Positions 13,801 through 24,736 of a DNA stretch of 63,554 nucleotides are shown here, in pieces. Position 1 is the stretch's first letter. Every line of letters begins with the position of its first letter. This stretch comes from an uncultured Mycobacteriales bacterium (GTDB taxonomy: Bacteria > Actinomycetota > Actinomycetes > Mycobacteriales > CADCTP01), in assembly GCA_902805565.1 (NCBI GenBank), contig CADCTP010000212.1, positions 1-63,554 of the forward strand. Direction: 5' to 3'. The notes under the pieces are model-generated. The model made no database searches, was not told the DNA's origin, and was given only the letters and a program-made list of their open reading frames with translations. The translations under genes were made by a program, and so were the position numbers.

Positions 13801-16800
13801 CACCCCGAGGTGGACGAGGCCGTCGTGCTGCCCCGCGACGACGCCACCGGTCTGACCCGGCTGGTGGCCTACCTGGTGCCGGCCGCCGGTGCGCTCCCGG
13901 ACACCACCGGCCTGCGGGCCTGGCTCAAGCGCAGCCTGCCCGACTACATGGTGCCGGCCGCCTTCGTGCAGCTGGACCGGATCCCGGCCACCACCAGCGG
14001 CAAGGTCGACCGCCAGGCGCTGCTGCGGATGGAGGTGCTGACCGAGTCCGCGGCCCGGTACGTGGCCCCGCGCACCCCGGTGGAGGCCGAGCTGGCCCGG
14101 ATCTGGGCCGGCGTGCTCGCCGTCGACCAGGTCGGCGTGGACGACAACTTCTTCGAGCTGGGCGGCGACTCGATCCTCAGCATCCAGCTGGTCTCCCGGG
14201 CCCGGCAGGCCGGCCTGCGGGTGACGTCCAAGGACGTCTTCGTCCACCAGACCGTCGCCGAGCTCGCCGCGGTGGCGCGGACGGAGGCCGCGGCCGCCCC
14301 GCTCGGGCCCGAGCCGGTCGGCCCGGCGCCGCTGACCCCGATCCAGCACTGGTTCGTCGGCAGCGGGCAGGCCGACCCGCAGCACTACACGATGTCCGTG
14401 CTGGTCGAGCTGGACGGGAACGTCGACCCGCCGGCGCTGGACGCCGCGGTCGGCGCGCTGGTGGGGCGGCACGACGCCCTGCGCAGCCGCTTCTCGGTGG
14501 TCGACGGGCGGTGGACGCAGGACGTGGCGCCGGCCGAGCCGGCCGGGCTGTTCTCGGTGCGGGACCTGTCCGCGCTGGACGCCGCGGACCGGGCCGCGGC
14601 GATGGAGGAGGCGGCGCTGGCCGCGCAGACCGGCCTGGACATCGAGCGCGGGCCGCTGCTGCGGGCGGTGCTGTTCCTGCTCGGCCCGGGCCGGGCGCCC
14701 CAGCTGTTCCTCACCGTCCACCACCTCGTCGTCGACGGGGTGTCGTGGCGGATCCTGCTGGAGGACCTGGAGACCGCGTACGCCCGGCTCGCGGCCGGGC
14801 AGCCGGTGGAGCTCCCGCCGGCCACCACCGGGTACGGCCAGTGGGCCCGGCTGCTGGCCGAGCACGTGCTGGCCGGCCGGCTCGACGGCGACCTCCCGTA
14901 CTGGACCGAGGTCGCCGGCACCGCGGTGCCGGCGCTCCCGGTCGACCGGGCCGGGCGGAACACGGTCGGCTCCGGCCGGACGGTCTCGGTCCGGCTGGAG
15001 GAGGCCGAGACCGACGCGCTGCTGCACGCCGTGCCGCGGGCGTACCGCAACCAGATCAACGACGTGCTGCTGGCCGCGCTGGGCCGGACGCTGGCCCGGT
15101 GGACCGGCGGCGAGCGCGTGCTGGTCGGCCTGGAGGGGCACGGCCGGGAGGAGATCCTCGACCGGGTCGACCTGTCCCGCACCGTCGGCTGGTTCACCAG
15201 CGAGTTCCCGCTGGCGCTGAGCGTGCGCCCGGACGCCGGCTGGGGCGAGGTGCTGAAGTCGGTCAAGGAGCAGTTGCGGGCGGTGCCGCACCGGGGGATC
15301 AGCTACGGCGCGCTGCGCCACCTGGCCGCCGGCGACGAGCGGACCCGGGCGCTGCGGGAGCACCCGGAGCCCCAGGTCAGCCTCAACTACCACGGCCGGT
15401 GGGACGTGGGCGGGCCGGACGGCGACCAGGCCGGCGGCGGGCTGTTCCGCGGCTGGGGCGACGGCATCGGCCAGGACGCCGCGGCCGGCAGCGAGCGCGG
15501 CCACCTGCTGGAGGTCACCGGCATGGTGACCGACGGCCGGCTGGAGCTGGGCTGGACCTACTCGGCCGCGGTGCACGACGAGGCCACCGTGCGGCGGCTG
15601 GCCGAGGAGGTCGCCGAGTCGCTGCGGGAGATCGTGCGGCACTGCGCCGAGCCCGGCGTCGGCGGCTGCACGCCGTCGGACTTCCCGCTGGCCCGGCTCA
15701 CCCAGCACGAGCTGGACTCGGCCGTGCGGGCCGGCCGGGACGTCGAGGACGTCTACCCGCTGACCCCGCTGCAGTCCGGGATGCTGTTCCACACGCTGCT
15801 CGGCACGTCCGGGGCGTACTTCGACCAGGTGTCGTTCCGGCTGGCCGGGGTGCGGGACCCGGCGGCGCTGGCGACGGCCTGGCAGCGGGTGGTGGACCGC
15901 ACGCCGGTGCTGCGCAGCCGGGTGGTCTGGGAGGGCGTCGACGAGCCGGTGCAGGTGGTGCACCGGGACGTCACCGTGCCGGTGACCCGGCACGACTGGC
16001 GGGACCTGCCGGAGCCCGAGCAGCAGGAGCGGCTGCGCCGGCTGCTGGCCGAGGACCGGGCGGCCGGGGTGGACCTGACCGTCGCCCCGCTGATGCGGCT
16101 GGCGATCGGCCGGCTGTCCGACGACGACGTGCTGCTGGTCTGGAGCTCGCACCACGTGCTGCTGGACGGGTGGAGCACGGCGGCCGTGTTCGCCGAGGTC
16201 TGCGAGCAGTACGCGGCGATCGTGGCCGGTGGCCGGCCCGAGCTGCCGGCCCGCCGGCCGTTCCGCGACTACCTGCAGTGGCTCGCCGAGCAGGACGGCC
16301 GCCAGGTCGAGGAGCACTGGCGGCAGGTGCTGGCCGGCGTCACCGCGCCGACCCCGCTGCCGTACGACCGGCAGCCGCAGGACGCCCACGGCAGCGAGTC
16401 CTCCGCCACGGAGTCGCTGCGGCTGCCGGCCGAGGTGACGGCCCGGCTGCAGCGGGCCGCCCGGCAGGCCGGCCTGACCGTGAACACGCTGGTCCAGGGC
16501 GCCTGGGCGCTGCTGCTGTCCCGCTACAGCGGGGAGCCGGAGGTCATCTTCGGCAGCACGGTGTCCGGCCGGCCGGCCGAGCTGCCCGGCGTCGAGTCGA
16601 TGGTGGGCATGTTCATCAACACCCTGCCGACCCGGGTCCGGATCGAGGCCGACCGGCCGCTCGCCGGCTGGCTGCGCGACCTGCAGGCCGCGGAGACCGA
16701 GTCCCGCCGGGTCGACTTCGTCCCGCTGGCCCAGCTCCAGGCCTGGAGCGGGCTGCCCGCCGGCACCGCCCTGTTCGACAGCATCCTGGTCTTCGAGAAC

Positions 16801-19800
16801 TATCCCTTCGACGAGAACTCGACCGCCGGCGCCGGGCTGCGGATCCGGGACGTGGAGTCGGTCGACCCGACGAACCTCCCGCTCAGCGTCAGCGCGTACC
16901 TGGCCGACCGGCTCGGCGTGGACCTCGCCTACGACCCGCGGCTGTTCGACGCGGCGACCGTACGGCGGCTGGGCGGGCACCTGCTGGCGCTGCTGGCCGG
17001 CATGGCCGACGGCCTGGACCGGCCGGTGGGCGGGCTGGAGCTGCTCGGCGCCGAGGAGCGCCAGCAGCTGCTGGTGGACTGGAACGACACCGCGCTGGCG
17101 GTGCCGGCCGCGACGTTCGGCGAGCTGTTCGAGGCCCAGGTGCGGCGGACCCCGGACGCGACCGCGCTGGTCGCCGGGGACACCACCCTGACCTACGCCG
17201 GGCTGAACGCGCGGGCGAACCGGCTGGCCCGGCACCTGGCCGCCCTCGGTGCCGGCCCGGAACGGGTCGTGGCGTCGGCGCTGCCGCGGACGGTCGGGAT
17301 GATCGAGGCGATGCTGGCGGTGGCGAAGGCCGGGGCGGTGCACCTGCCGGTCGACCCGGCGCTGCCGGCGGACCGGATCGCGTTCGTGCTGGCCGACGCG
17401 GCGCCGGCGCTGGTGCTCACCGCCGGGGCCGGCGACGGGCCGGTGCTGCCGGCCGGCGCGGCCGTGCTCCGGCTGGCCGACCCGGGGGTCCGGGCCGCGC
17501 TGGAGCGCCACCCGGACACCGACCTGACCGACGCCGACCGGACCGGCCCGCTGCGGCCGGACAACGCGGCGTACGTGATCTACACCTCCGGCTCCACCGG
17601 CCGGCCGAAGGGGGTGGCGGTCGAGCACCGGAGCCTGGCGAACCTGCTGGCCAACCACCGGGCCGACCTGGTGCCCGCCGGCGGCGACCGGCTGCGGGTG
17701 GCGCTGACCGCCTCCTTCTCCTTCGACACCTCGTGGGAGGGGCCGCTGCTGATGGCCGGCGGGCACGAGCTGCACCTCATCGACGACGAGGTCCGCGCCG
17801 ACCCGCCCGCGCTGGCCGGCTACGTGGCCGGGCACCGGATCGACTTCCTCGACGTCACCCCGTCGTACCTGCGGCAGCTGCTGCCGGCCGGCCTGCTCAC
17901 CGACGAGCGGCACCGGCCGCGGGTGCTGATGGTCGGCGGCGAGCCGCTGGACGCGGACCTGTGGGCGGAGCTGGCCGCGGCGCCGGACACCGTCGCGCAC
18001 AACTTCTACGGCCCGACCGAGTGCACGGTGGACGCGCTGTCCGCCCGGGTGGCCGGGACGTCCCGGCCGTCGGTCGGCCGGCCGCTGCGCAACGTCCGGG
18101 CGTACGTGCTGGACGCCGCGCTGCGGCCGGTGCCGGTCGGTGTGGTCGGCGAGCTGCACCTGGCCGGGGACCAGGTGGCCCGCGGCTACCTGAACCGGCC
18201 GGGGCTGACGGCCGACCGGTTCGTGGCCGACCCGTTCGGCCCCCCGGGGTCGCGGATGTACCGCACCGGCGACCTGGTGCGCTGGACGGCCGAGGGCCGG
18301 CTGGAGTTCGCCGGCCGGGCCGACGAGCAGGTCAAGATCCGCGGGTTCCGGATCGAGCCGGGCGAGATCGAGATGGCCCTGCTCGGTCACCCGGACCTGG
18401 CCCGCGCGGTCGTGGTCGCCCGGGACGACGACGGCACCGGTCACCGGCGGCTGGCGGCGTACCTGGTGCCGGCGGAGGGGGCGGCGGTCCCCGGGGCGGC
18501 GGAGCTGCGCGAGCTGCTGGGCCGGAGCCTGCCCGAGCACATGGTGCCGGCCACGTTCACCGCGCTGGACGCGCTGCCGCTGAGCTCCAGCGGCAAGGTG
18601 GACCGGCGCGCGCTGCCGGCCCCGGAGGCCGGGCCGCGCGCGGAGTCCGCGTACGTCCCGCCGCGGACCGAGGCGGAACGCCAGGTGGCCCGGATCTGGG
18701 CCGAGGTGCTCGGGGTGGAGCGGGTCGGGGCCGAGGACAACTTCTTCGAGGCCGGCGGCGACTCGATCCTCAGCATCCGGCTGGTGTCCCGGCTGCGCAC
18801 CGAGCTGGGCGCCGACGTCTCGCCCCGGGCCGTGTTCAGCACCCCGACCGTGGCCGACCTGGCCCGGTCCGTCCCGGTCGACGGCGTGGCCGGGGCGGCG
18901 GCCGCCCCGGCCATCCCGGTCCGGCCGCGGGACGGGCAGCTGCCGATGTCCTTCGCCCAGCAGCGGCTGTGGTTCCTGGCCGAGTTCGAGCCGGACAGCG
19001 CCGAGTACCTGACGCCGACGGCGCTGCGGCTGCGCGGCCGGCTCGACGTGCCGGCGCTGTCGGCCGCGTTCACCGCGCTGGTCGCCCGGCACGAGTCGCT
19101 GCGGACGACGTTCGGGTCGGTCGACGGGCGGGGCGTGCAGCTGGTCGGCGCGCCGTACGAGGTGCGGGTGCCGGTGCTCGACCTGACCGGCACGCCGGAA
19201 TCGGAGCGGGCCGCCGCGCTGGCCGGGGTCCTCGCCGAGGAGACCGGGCGGCCGTTCGACCTGCGGACCGGGCCGCTGCTGCGGGTCCGGCTGGTCCGGC
19301 TCGCGCCGGAGGAGCACGTGCTCACCCTGGTCCTGCACCACATCGTCACCGACGGCTGGTCGATGGGCGTGCTGGCCGACGAGCTCGGCACCCTGTACGC
19401 GGCCGCGCTGGCCGGGGAGCGGGCGGAGCTGCCGGCGTTGCCGGTGCTGCCGGTGCAGTACGCGGACTTCGCGGTGTGGCAGCGGGAGCTGCTGGCCACG
19501 CCCGTGCTCGGCGAGCAGTTGGCGTACTGGCGGGAGCGGCTGGCCGGGCTGGAGCCGCTGGAGCTGCCGACGGACCGGCCCCGGCCGGCGGTGCAGACCA
19601 AGAACGGCGCCGTGCTGCCCTTCACCGTGCCTGCGGACGTCGTCACGCCGCTGCGGGAGCTGGGCCGGCGCCGGGACGCCACGCTGTTCATGACGCTGGT
19701 GGCCGCCTGCCAGTTGCTGTTCGCCCGCTGGTCCGGCCAGGACGACGTGGCGGTGGGGACCGTGACCTCCGGCCGGGACCGACCGGAGCTGGAGCGGCTG

Positions 19801-22800
19801 GTCGGCATGTTCGTCAACACCCTGGTGCTGCGGTCCCGGGTGGACGGCGCGCTGAGCTTCGCCGACCTCCTCGGGCAGGTGCGCGAGACCACGCTGTCCG
19901 CGTTCGACCACCAGGACGTGCAGTTCGAGCGGATCATCGACGAGCTGAACCTCGCTCGGGACACCTCCCGCTCGCCGTTGTTCCAGGCCATGGTGGTGCT
20001 GCAGAACCTCCCGAGCGGGCCGCCCGACTTCGCCGGGCTGGCCGCGGAGGGGGTCGAGCTGCCCGTGGTGGCCGCCGGCGTCGACGTCACGGTCGAGTTC
20101 GCCGAGGTCGACGGAGGCCTGGAGGGCGCGCTGACCTACAACACCGACCTGTTCGACGCCGCCACCGTCGAGCGGATGGCCGGGCACCTGCGGTGCCTGC
20201 TCCGCGGGATCGCCGCCCACCCGGACCGGCCGGTGGGCGAGATCGAGATGCTGGGCGCGGACGAGCGCCGGCAGGTGCTGGTGGACTGGAACGACACCGC
20301 GCTGGACGTGCCGGCCGCGACGTTCGGGGACCTGTTCGAGGCGCAGGTGCGGCGGACCCCGGAGGCGACCGCGCTGGTCTTCCAGGACACCGTGCTGACC
20401 TACGCCGAGCTGAACGCCCGCGCCAACCGGCTGGCCCGGCGCCTGGTCGAGCTCGGGGCGGGGCCGGAGCGGGTGGTCGCGCTGGCCCTGCCGCGATCGG
20501 CCGAGATGGTCGTGGCCATCCTGGCGGCCGTCAAGGCCGGCGCGGCCTACCTGCCGGTGGACTCCGGCTACCCGGCCGAGCGGATCGAGTTCGTCCTCCG
20601 GGACACCGACCCGGTGCTGGTGGTCACCGGCGCGGATCCCCTGCCGGTCCCGCCGCCCGGGGACGCGGCCGTGCTGGACCTGGACGACCCGCGGGTGTCG
20701 GCGGCGGTCCGGGAGCTCCCGGACGGGGACCTGACCGACGCCGACCGGCTCGGCCCGCTCGTCGCGGACAACCCGGCCTACGTCATCTACACCTCCGGCT
20801 CCACCGGCCGGCCGAAGGGTGTGGTGGTCTCCCACCGGAACCTGGTGAACCTCGTCCACGACCACCGGCAGGAGTCCGGCCCGGCGGCCGGGCGGGGCCT
20901 GCGGATCGCGCTGACCGTCGCGTTCTCCTTCGACCCCTCCCTGCTGGGCCTGGTGTTCCTGGCCGGCGGCCACGAGGTGCACGTCGTCGCCGACGCCGTC
21001 CGCACGGACCCGGAGGCGCTGGTCGACTACGTCGTCGACCGCCGCGTCGACGTCGTCATCGTGGTGCCGTCCTACGCCCGGCAGCTCCTGCAGGTCGGGC
21101 TGCTGGCGGATGGGCGGCACCGGCCGCGGAGGGTGCTGGTGGGCGGCGAGGCCATGGGGGAGACGCTGCACGCGGAGCTGACCGCCGCCGCGGATGTCGA
21201 GAGCTACAACGTCTACGGCCCGACGGAGTGCACGGTCACCGCGGTCTGGCACCGCCTCCGGGCGGACGGGCGGCCGCTGATCGGGCGGCCGGGCCGCAAC
21301 CTGCGGGCGTACGTGCTCGACGCCCGGCTGCGGCCGGTGCCGGTGGGGGTCCTCGGTGAGCTCTACATCGCCGGTGACCAGGTCTCCCGGGGCTACCTGA
21401 ACCGGCCGGGGCTGACCGCCGAGCGGTTCGTGGCCGACCTGTCCGGGCCGGCGGGGTCGCGGATGTACCGCACCGGTGACCTGGTGCGGTGGACCGCCGA
21501 CGGGCGGCTGGAGTTCGCCGGCCGGACCGACGACCAGGTGAAGATCCGCGGGTTCCGGGTGGAGCCGGGCGAGATCGCGGCCGCCCTGCTCCGCCGCTCG
21601 GACCTGGCGCAGGCCGTCGTGGTCGCCCGGACCGACCAGGTCGGTCACCACCAGCGGCTGGCCGCGTACGTGGTGCCGGTCGACGGGGCGCCGGAGCCGG
21701 GGACCGCGGAGCTCCGGGAGCTGCTGGCCCGGACCCTGCCCGACCACATGGTGCCCTCGACCTTCACGGTGCTCGAGGCGCTGCCGCTGACCTCCAGCGG
21801 CAAGGTCGACCGGCGGGCCCTGCCGGCCCCGGCGGCCGACCAGCAGCCGGCGTCCGGCCACGTCGGGCCGCGCACGCCGGTGGAGAAGGTGCTGGCCGCC
21901 GTCTGGGCCGACGTCCTCGGCCTGGAGCAGGTCGGCGTGGAGGACACCTTCTTCGCCCTCGGCGGCGACTCGATCCTGAGCCTGCAGGCGGTGTCCCGGG
22001 CCCGGCAGGCCGGCCTGCGCCACACCACCAAGGACCTCTTCGTGCACCAGACGATCGCGGCCCTGGCGCCGGTGGTCGAGGTCGAGGAGGCCGGCGCCGC
22101 CGAGGAGGCGGTCGTCGGGGCGGTCCCGCTGACGCCGATCCAGCACTGGTTCTTCCGGACCCATCGGCGCAACCCGCGGCACTTCACCCAGTCGATGCTG
22201 GTCGAGCTGGCCGACGAGCCGGACGAGGCGGCGCTGCGGGCCGCGCTGGACGCGCTGCTGGCGCACCACGACGCGCTGCGGATGCGCTTCGAGCAGGTCG
22301 ACGGCGAGTGGCGGCAGCACAACGCGCCGGTCGAGCCGGTGCCGGTGCTGGACCGGCAGGACCTGTCCGGGCTGGTCGGGGAGGACGAGCGGCTCGCCGC
22401 GATGGAGAAGATCGCCGACGAGACGCACGCCGGCTTCGACCTGGCGCGGGGGCCGCTGCTCAAGGCGGTCCTGTTCGGGCGGGGCGACCGGCCGCCGATG
22501 CTGTTCCTGGCCGCCCACCACCTGGTGGTCGACGGGGTGTCCTGGCGGATCCTGCTCGACGACCTCGCCACGGCGTACCGGCAGGCGGGCGGGGGCGGGG
22601 CCGTCGACCTCGGGGCCCGGACGACGTCGTTCCGGGACTGGTCCCGGCGGCTGACCGAGCACGTGGCCGCCGGCGGGCTGGACTCCGAGCTGGACCACTG
22701 GGCGACCGCGCTGGACGTGGCGCCGCTGCCGGTGGACCGGCGGGACGGGCCGGCCGGCACCGACACCGTCTCGGTGGGGCTGGACGCCGCGGACACCGAC

Positions 22801-23442
22801 GCCCTGCTCCGCGGCGCCCCGACCGCGTACCGCACCGGAATCAACGACGTGCTGCTGGCCGCGCTGGCCTGGGGGCTGTCGCGGTGGACCGGGCGGGACC
22901 GGGTGTCGCTGGAGCTGGAGGGGCACGGTCGGGAGGACCTCCTCGACGGCGTCGACCTCTCCCGGACCGTCGGCTGGTTCACCTCCAGCTTCCCGGTCGC
23001 GCTGGAGGTGCCGGCGGAGGACCGGCCGGACTGGCGGGCCCTGGTCAAGTCGGTACGCCGCCAGCTGCGCCGGATCCCGCGCAACGGCATCGGGTTCGGC
23101 GCGCTGCGCCACCTCGGCTCGCCGGCGGCCCGGGACCGGTTGCCGGCCGACACGGCCGGGCCGCAGTTGGTCTTCAACTACCTCGGCCAGTGGGACGCCC
23201 GCTCGGCGGAGGCCGCCGACGGGTTCTACCGGGCGGTGCACGGCTCCCTCGGCCAGGACCACGACCCGGCCGAGGAGCCGACCCACCTGCTGGAGGTGTC
23301 CGGCGCGGTCCAGGACGGCCGGCTGGAGTTCTCCTGGACCTACCGGCCCGACCGGCACGACCGCTCCACCGTGGAGTCGGTGGCCGAGGACTTCGCCGCG
23401 GCGCTGCGGCGGATCGCCGAGGACTGCCGGGGGGCCCGGTGA
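3175..23442 (+). CDS. Giant NRPS (about 6755 aa), five modules C-A-T-E / C-A-T / C-A-T-E / C-A-T / C-A-T-E. It has no TE, R or terminal C domain.
   Basis: Uninterrupted 20.3-kb frame. AAGGGAAG Shine-Dalgarno at 3164-3171, just before ATG 3175. The track's ATG 3139 would overlap the upstream gene by 26 nt and has no SD. HHxxxDG motifs at about 3683, 6844 (E), 8259, 11488, 14719 (E), 16150, 19336 and 22516 (E). Five SGSTGRPKG motifs. Five GGDSI carrier serines (6298, 10918, 14170, 18762, 21970). Stop TGA at 23440-23442. Confidence 0.95.
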   Translation: MSSSRESRIAGLPAELREQLRRRLAGRTAAAAIPRADRTGPLPLSFPQQRLWFLDQFQPGGAEYNSAVALRLLGPLDVAALTGALRELRARHESLRTTVEEVDGHGVQVVHPAEDTGLPVVDLGGAGPEALDRLLAEEYARPFDLGRGPLFRATLVRLADDEHVLLLCAHHIVTDGWSMGVLVEELGLLHDAAARGTDAALPPLPLQYADFAVWQRRRLSGPVLDEQLAYWTERLAGVAPLDLPTDRPRPAVRTSAGAVHQFPIPAEVAAGLRALARAHGTTLFTALLAASKVLLARYAGQDDVAVGTVTSGRDRPELDRLVGFFVRTVVLRSTVDQRQTFGEFLAAVRDTSLDAFAHDEVPLERLVDALRLERDPGRQPLFDVMVLMGGAQRTGRAFSGLRVEDVPVRRHAADFDLTLDFQETGEELSGALEYSTDLFDAATVERMAGHLLVLLRGITAGPDRPLAELPLLDAAERQQLLVDWNDTGLEVPDATFGELFEAQARRTPEAGALVFQDTVLTYAELNARANRLARRLVELGAGPERVVALALPRTAEMVVAILATVKAGAAYLPVDPGHPAERIGFLLRDTAPAVVVTGAGSPPVPAPAGAAVLPLDDPAVAAAVRDLPAGDLTDADRLAPLTSANPAYLIYTSGSTGRPKGVVVSHRNLVNLVHDHRQESAPAGGQGLRMALTAAFSFDSSLLGMVFLAGGHEVHVLDDAVRTDPEALLDYVADRRIDVVNVVPSYVRQLLLAGLLAEGRHRPRRLLLGGEAIGETLHAELTAAADVAVFNLYGPTECTVDSVWHRLRAGERPLIGRPGRNLRAYVLDARLRPVPVGVLGELYLAGEQVARGYLNRPGLTADRFVADPFGPPGTRLYRTGDLVRRTADGRLEFSGRADDQVKIRGFRVEPGEIEAALTAQPGVAGAAVVARADGGHARLVAYVVPAAGAAPAGPELREALRRTLPDHMLPSAFVTLETLPRTPSGKVDRRALPAPDAAPEPGSAYVAPRTPVERDLAAVWAEVLGVQRVGVEDNFFSLGGDSILSIQVVSRARKAGYRLTSKDIFLHQTVGQLGTAVRTGTGPVAAHREPAGPAPLSPIQRWFLATHGPQPHFTMSTLVELAPDIDPDVLATALDAVVAHHDALRLRLSEVAGEWRQQVAAEPPTGLLRRHDLSAVAEADRPAAIEAAAAAARSGLDLRAGALLAAALFGLGAGRGARLLVIAHHAVVDGVSWRILLEDLETAYRQAAAGGPVRLDPVGTPFVGWARALTEHVRSGAFDADLPYWQQASDPAAAVLPVDRDGVPTGGSTRTVTVRLGRAETDALLHRVPDAYQTQVNDVLLSALGRTLAEWTGRRRVLVALEGHGREEILDGVDLSRTVGWFTSQFPVGLDLPDGGWGTTLKAVKEQLRAVPHRGLSYEALRYLGAPGSPAAALAGDPRPGVSFNYHGQWDAAAAADGMYRARLDGAGPEVAPDQPASYLLDVAGVVHGGELELTWFYRDQVHDEATVRRLAERMVRALAEIVEHCARPGAGGRTPSDFPLAKLDQAGVDRLVGTGREVEDVYPLTPLQAGMLFHSLVDEGSGVYVNQIRMVLDGVGDPRALGEAWQRTVDRTPALRTSVVWQGVAEPLQVVHRRATVPVTHHDWRELAEPERERELARLLAADRAAGLDLGTAPLLRLAVLRLTGDRVLVVWTSHHLVQDGWSLAQLFVEIGEHYAAIVGGRPPRLSPRRPFRDYLQWLAEQDDRDAEAYWRKVLAGLGAPTPLPYDRPPRQAHRSESSETLRAGLTAEESARLHRVARGNGLTLNTVVQGAWALLLSRYSGESDVVFGTTVSGRPAELPGVESMIGMFINTVPTRVRVDRGEDLLPWLRRLQAEQSDARRYDFVSLAQLQGWTDLPGGRALADSMLVFENYPFDEEAAAATGLRIAEVAGEDPTNFPLSVRAFLADRLTFDIGHDPRLFDPGTVRALADRLCLLLREIAADPQRPLSRLPWLSAAERRQVLPEWAGPGPEPTATLPGLFAARAAADPDAVALTDGADRWTYAALNARANRLAHRLIEAGAGPERYVALALPRSADQVVAVLAVLKSGAAYLPLDPAHPAERIAHVLADAAPVLVLSTTDLRTRLSGVAGDRPWWALDDPELAADLAGRRDDDPADADRTAPLTPASPAYTIYTSGSTGRPKGVVVTHANVVRLFTATREQFGFGPDDVWTLFHSYAFDFSVWEIWGPLLHGGRLVVVPHAVSRSPREFLRLLVEERVTVLNQTPSAFHQLVRADVEAPELGDGLALRYVVFGGEALDLWRLEEWYAWHPDTAPVLVNMYGITETTVHVTQVALDRAGAAAATGSAIGVALPDLRVYVLDADLRPVPPGVAGEMYVAGAGLARGYLNRPGLTAERFVADPFGTPGTRMYRTGDLARWTAPAGRPDMELEYLGRADSQVKIRGFRIELGEIEAVLAARPELAQVAVLDREDQPGVRRLVAYLVPAPGRQLPPGDELRALAARSLPDYMVPSAFVPLDRLPLNANGKLDRRALPAPETGVGDGAGHVPVRTEAERLVAQVWSEVLGVERVGAEDDFFALGGDSILSIRVASRLRTALGVDVSPLAVFSEPTVAGLAAALSAAAEPAGDAPVLRPVPRDGALPASFAQQRLWFLDQFEPGSTEYVAPFALRLRGELDPGALAAALTALVARHESLRTTFESADGRAVQVVHPPAEVPLPVLDLTAVPEPERPAALERALAEEVGRPFDLRTGPLLRARLVRAAADEHVLVLTAHHIVTDGWSVGVISGELAAGYAAALAGERAELPALPVQYADFAVWQRELLATPVLGEQLAYWRERLAGLEPLELPTDRPRPAVQTKNGALLRTVFPAGLVTRLRELGRDRDATLFVTLVAACQVLLARWSGQDDVAVGTVTSGRDRPELERLVGMFVNTLVLRSTVDAGASFRDLLPRVRGTVLDAFAHQDVQFEKVVDELQPARDTSRPPLFQAMVALHNLGTTVPDLPGLRVEEVALSTATASFELNFDFVEQGDELAALVQYNTDLFDPATIERMVGHLRVLLEQVAAEPDRPVGDIPLLGADERRLLAEWDGPALDVPAATFGELFEEQVRRTPDADALVFQDTVLTYAELNARANRLARHLVTLGVGPERVVALTLPRSAEMVVAILATTKAGGAYLPIDPTMPADRIAFLLGDAVPPAVVTLGDSRQVDEALPPGTACVRLDDPGTRAALEWCSDADLTDADRTAPLRPDNAVYVIYTSGSTGRPKGVLIEHSGLVNLLADHRSLLPTRVPGEDRTRVALTAAFSFDTSLEGLLFLLGGHELHVIDEDVRLDPAALVDYVAERRIDLLDLTPSFAQQMVPAGLLTDPRHRPRIVMLGGEGVGERLWREMRDAPDTEVHNYYGPTEFTVDAVYCGLAEHDRPIIGHPGSNVRAYLLDAQLRPVPIGVRGELYLAGVQLARGYLHRPGLTAERFVADPFGEPGSRMYRTGDVARWTPSNGRPPRYAGRPAGFRPPTGVLEYLGRADEQVKIRGFRIEPGEIEAALLAHPEVDEAVVLPRDDATGLTRLVAYLVPAAGALPDTTGLRAWLKRSLPDYMVPAAFVQLDRIPATTSGKVDRQALLRMEVLTESAARYVAPRTPVEAELARIWAGVLAVDQVGVDDNFFELGGDSILSIQLVSRARQAGLRVTSKDVFVHQTVAELAAVARTEAAAAPLGPEPVGPAPLTPIQHWFVGSGQADPQHYTMSVLVELDGNVDPPALDAAVGALVGRHDALRSRFSVVDGRWTQDVAPAEPAGLFSVRDLSALDAADRAAAMEEAALAAQTGLDIERGPLLRAVLFLLGPGRAPQLFLTVHHLVVDGVSWRILLEDLETAYARLAAGQPVELPPATTGYGQWARLLAEHVLAGRLDGDLPYWTEVAGTAVPALPVDRAGRNTVGSGRTVSVRLEEAETDALLHAVPRAYRNQINDVLLAALGRTLARWTGGERVLVGLEGHGREEILDRVDLSRTVGWFTSEFPLALSVRPDAGWGEVLKSVKEQLRAVPHRGISYGALRHLAAGDERTRALREHPEPQVSLNYHGRWDVGGPDGDQAGGGLFRGWGDGIGQDAAAGSERGHLLEVTGMVTDGRLELGWTYSAAVHDEATVRRLAEEVAESLREIVRHCAEPGVGGCTPSDFPLARLTQHELDSAVRAGRDVEDVYPLTPLQSGMLFHTLLGTSGAYFDQVSFRLAGVRDPAALATAWQRVVDRTPVLRSRVVWEGVDEPVQVVHRDVTVPVTRHDWRDLPEPEQQERLRRLLAEDRAAGVDLTVAPLMRLAIGRLSDDDVLLVWSSHHVLLDGWSTAAVFAEVCEQYAAIVAGGRPELPARRPFRDYLQWLAEQDGRQVEEHWRQVLAGVTAPTPLPYDRQPQDAHGSESSATESLRLPAEVTARLQRAARQAGLTVNTLVQGAWALLLSRYSGEPEVIFGSTVSGRPAELPGVESMVGMFINTLPTRVRIEADRPLAGWLRDLQAAETESRRVDFVPLAQLQAWSGLPAGTALFDSILVFENYPFDENSTAGAGLRIRDVESVDPTNLPLSVSAYLADRLGVDLAYDPRLFDAATVRRLGGHLLALLAGMADGLDRPVGGLELLGAEERQQLLVDWNDTALAVPAATFGELFEAQVRRTPDATALVAGDTTLTYAGLNARANRLARHLAALGAGPERVVASALPRTVGMIEAMLAVAKAGAVHLPVDPALPADRIAFVLADAAPALVLTAGAGDGPVLPAGAAVLRLADPGVRAALERHPDTDLTDADRTGPLRPDNAAYVIYTSGSTGRPKGVAVEHRSLANLLANHRADLVPAGGDRLRVALTASFSFDTSWEGPLLMAGGHELHLIDDEVRADPPALAGYVAGHRIDFLDVTPSYLRQLLPAGLLTDERHRPRVLMVGGEPLDADLWAELAAAPDTVAHNFYGPTECTVDALSARVAGTSRPSVGRPLRNVRAYVLDAALRPVPVGVVGELHLAGDQVARGYLNRPGLTADRFVADPFGPPGSRMYRTGDLVRWTAEGRLEFAGRADEQVKIRGFRIEPGEIEMALLGHPDLARAVVVARDDDGTGHRRLAAYLVPAEGAAVPGAAELRELLGRSLPEHMVPATFTALDALPLSSSGKVDRRALPAPEAGPRAESAYVPPRTEAERQVARIWAEVLGVERVGAEDNFFEAGGDSILSIRLVSRLRTELGADVSPRAVFSTPTVADLARSVPVDGVAGAAAAPAIPVRPRDGQLPMSFAQQRLWFLAEFEPDSAEYLTPTALRLRGRLDVPALSAAFTALVARHESLRTTFGSVDGRGVQLVGAPYEVRVPVLDLTGTPESERAAALAGVLAEETGRPFDLRTGPLLRVRLVRLAPEEHVLTLVLHHIVTDGWSMGVLADELGTLYAAALAGERAELPALPVLPVQYADFAVWQRELLATPVLGEQLAYWRERLAGLEPLELPTDRPRPAVQTKNGAVLPFTVPADVVTPLRELGRRRDATLFMTLVAACQLLFARWSGQDDVAVGTVTSGRDRPELERLVGMFVNTLVLRSRVDGALSFADLLGQVRETTLSAFDHQDVQFERIIDELNLARDTSRSPLFQAMVVLQNLPSGPPDFAGLAAEGVELPVVAAGVDVTVEFAEVDGGLEGALTYNTDLFDAATVERMAGHLRCLLRGIAAHPDRPVGEIEMLGADERRQVLVDWNDTALDVPAATFGDLFEAQVRRTPEATALVFQDTVLTYAELNARANRLARRLVELGAGPERVVALALPRSAEMVVAILAAVKAGAAYLPVDSGYPAERIEFVLRDTDPVLVVTGADPLPVPPPGDAAVLDLDDPRVSAAVRELPDGDLTDADRLGPLVADNPAYVIYTSGSTGRPKGVVVSHRNLVNLVHDHRQESGPAAGRGLRIALTVAFSFDPSLLGLVFLAGGHEVHVVADAVRTDPEALVDYVVDRRVDVVIVVPSYARQLLQVGLLADGRHRPRRVLVGGEAMGETLHAELTAAADVESYNVYGPTECTVTAVWHRLRADGRPLIGRPGRNLRAYVLDARLRPVPVGVLGELYIAGDQVSRGYLNRPGLTAERFVADLSGPAGSRMYRTGDLVRWTADGRLEFAGRTDDQVKIRGFRVEPGEIAAALLRRSDLAQAVVVARTDQVGHHQRLAAYVVPVDGAPEPGTAELRELLARTLPDHMVPSTFTVLEALPLTSSGKVDRRALPAPAADQQPASGHVGPRTPVEKVLAAVWADVLGLEQVGVEDTFFALGGDSILSLQAVSRARQAGLRHTTKDLFVHQTIAALAPVVEVEEAGAAEEAVVGAVPLTPIQHWFFRTHRRNPRHFTQSMLVELADEPDEAALRAALDALLAHHDALRMRFEQVDGEWRQHNAPVEPVPVLDRQDLSGLVGEDERLAAMEKIADETHAGFDLARGPLLKAVLFGRGDRPPMLFLAAHHLVVDGVSWRILLDDLATAYRQAGGGGAVDLGARTTSFRDWSRRLTEHVAAGGLDSELDHWATALDVAPLPVDRRDGPAGTDTVSVGLDAADTDALLRGAPTAYRTGINDVLLAALAWGLSRWTGRDRVSLELEGHGREDLLDGVDLSRTVGWFTSSFPVALEVPAEDRPDWRALVKSVRRQLRRIPRNGIGFGALRHLGSPAARDRLPADTAGPQLVFNYLGQWDARSAEAADGFYRAVHGSLGQDHDPAEEPTHLLEVSGAVQDGRLEFSWTYRPDRHDRSTVESVAEDFAAALRRIAEDCRGAR
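7849..11070 (+). other. NRPS module 2: C(DCL)-A-T (approximate borders). The A pocket reads Thr-like.
   Basis: [16 protein letters not shown] and HHLVQDGWS (DCL type, consistent with the preceding E domain). A motifs [34 protein letters not shown] motif FFALGGDSI. Confidence 0.85.
11071..15741 (+). other. NRPS module 3: C(LCL)-A-T-E (approximate borders)
   Basis: [14 protein letters not shown] and [10 protein letters not shown] motifs AFSFDTSLE and [11 protein letters not shown]. An 18-aa insertion precedes [12 protein letters not shown] motif [10 protein letters not shown] motifs [23 protein letters not shown]. Confidence 0.85.
15742..18930 (+). other. NRPS module 4: C(DCL)-A-T (approximate borders)
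   Basis: [16 protein letters not shown] and [10 protein letters not shown] motifs SFSFDTSWE and [12 protein letters not shown] motif FFEAGGDSI. Confidence 0.85.
18931..23439 (+). other. NRPS module 5: C(LCL)-A-T-E (approximate borders). The E domain is the C-terminus of the protein.
   Basis: [14 protein letters not shown] and [10 protein letters not shown] motifs AFSFDPSLL and [12 protein letters not shown] motif [10 protein letters not shown] motifs [42 protein letters not shown]. The protein then ends ...IAEDCRGAR. Confidence 0.85.
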
Positions 23443-24689
23443 CCGCGGCGACCGTCCCGCTGTCCCGCAACCGGGACTACCGGATCCTCTGGACCAGCCA
23501 GGCGCTGGCCGAGTTCGGCTACAACGCCTCCACGATCGCCTTCCCGCTGCTCGTGCTGGCGCTGACCGGGTCGGCGGCGGCCTCCGGGGCGGTGCTCGGC
23601 ACGATCGCGGCCGCCCGGCTGGTCGCCGGCCTGCCGGCCGGTGCCCTGGTGGACCGGTGGAGCCGGAAGAAGGTGATGCTCGGCTGCGAGGCGGCGCAGG
23701 CGCTGGCCGCCGCCAGCCTGGTGGCGGCCCTGTGGCGGGACGTGGCCTCCGTGCCGCACCTGATCGCGGTGGCCGCCGTGCTCGGGATCTCCGCGGCCCT
23801 GTTCGAGCCGGCCGAGGACGCCTGCCTGCCGGCCCTGGTCCCGGCCGAGCAGCTGTCCACCGCGGTGTCGCTGAACGCCGCGCGCTCCTCGCTCGGCCAG
23901 CTGTCCGGCACCGCGGCGGGCGGGCTGCTGTTCGCCGTCGGCCGGGCGGTCCCGTTCGCGGTGGACGCGGTCACGCACACCCTGGCGTTCGTGGCGCTGT
24001 CCTTCCTGCGGGTGCCGCCGCGGCCGGCGGCGCCCCGGCCGGCCGGCCGGCTGGGCGCGGAGATGGCCGCCGGCGTGCGGTGGGCCTGGCGGCAGCCGGA
24101 GATCCGGGTGACCGCGTTCTGCGCGGTCGTGCTCAACCTGTTCTTCAGCGCCTTCTACATCGTGGTCATCGTGCTGGCCCAGCAGCGCGGGGTGCCGGCC
24201 GGCCAGATCGGCGTGATGGCCGCGATGCTCGGCGCCGGCGGGATCGCCGGGGCGCTGCTCGCGCCGTACCTGCACCGGGTGGTGAGCCCGTACGTGTCGA
24301 TCGCCGGCGTGTTCTGGGTGCTGACCGTGCTGACCGCGGTCTCCGTGCTCGTCCGGGACCCGGTCGCCGTCGGGGCGGTGTTCGCCGGGATGGCCCTGCT
24401 CCCGCCGACCGCGAACACCACGATCGTCACCCGGCAGCTGCTGCTCACCCCGGACGAGCTGCGCGGCCGGCTGAGCGGCGCGGTCGGGCTGGTGGTGGGC
24501 GTCGCCGGCGCGCTCGGGCCGGGGCTCGGCGGCCTGCTGGTGCAGGTCCTCTCCGGCCGCCAGGCGATCGGCGTGTGCGCGGCCGGGATGGCCGTCGTCA
24601 CGGTGCTGGTCACCGTCAGCCCCACCCTGCGCCGCTTCCCCCGCGACCTGGCCTCCCCCGACTCGGGGGTGGCCGTACCCGCGTCCTGA
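23439..24689 (+). CDS. MFS transporter, EntS/DHA3-like exporter (416 aa)
   Basis: GTG 23439 overlaps the NRPS stop (GTGA at 23439-23442). About 12 hydrophobic spans. The loop motif [10 protein letters not shown] is typical of this MFS subgroup. This is the in-frame tail of the composite track ORF 21489..24689. Confidence 0.85.
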   Translation: MTAATVPLSRNRDYRILWTSQALAEFGYNASTIAFPLLVLALTGSAAASGAVLGTIAAARLVAGLPAGALVDRWSRKKVMLGCEAAQALAAASLVAALWRDVASVPHLIAVAAVLGISAALFEPAEDACLPALVPAEQLSTAVSLNAARSSLGQLSGTAAGGLLFAVGRAVPFAVDAVTHTLAFVALSFLRVPPRPAAPRPAGRLGAEMAAGVRWAWRQPEIRVTAFCAVVLNLFFSAFYIVVIVLAQQRGVPAGQIGVMAAMLGAGGIAGALLAPYLHRVVSPYVSIAGVFWVLTVLTAVSVLVRDPVAVGAVFAGMALLPPTANTTIVTRQLLLTPDELRGRLSGAVGLVVGVAGALGPGLGGLLVQVLSGRQAIGVCAAGMAVVTVLVTVSPTLRRFPRDLASPDSGVAVPAS

Positions 24690-24736
24690 CGGCGACCGCC
24701 CCGGGACGACCCGCACGACCGAGAGGAGACAGCGAG

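Noticed and set aside
392-21359. Long same-strand alternative-frame ORFs inside the NRPS genes (392..3142, 3327..5696, 6636..10415, 11871..13631, 13641..21359 and similar)
   Set aside because: All are Arg/Pro/Gly/Ala-rich out-of-frame readings of the NRPS coding sequence, without motifs or RBS-supported starts.
3181-23358. 6725-aa open reading frame on the minus strand, antisense to the whole giant NRPS gene
   Set aside because: It is the expected shadow of a very GC3-rich gene, because stop codons are nearly impossible on the complementary frame. The translation is Arg/Pro/Gly/Val low complexity with no NRPS or other motif. The plus-strand frame carries every canonical C, A, T and E motif.
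21489-24689. 1066-aa composite ORF spanning the NRPS 3' end and the MFS gene
   Set aside because: Only the part from GTG 23439 onward has membrane-protein character. Upstream of that point it is an out-of-frame reading of NRPS module 5.
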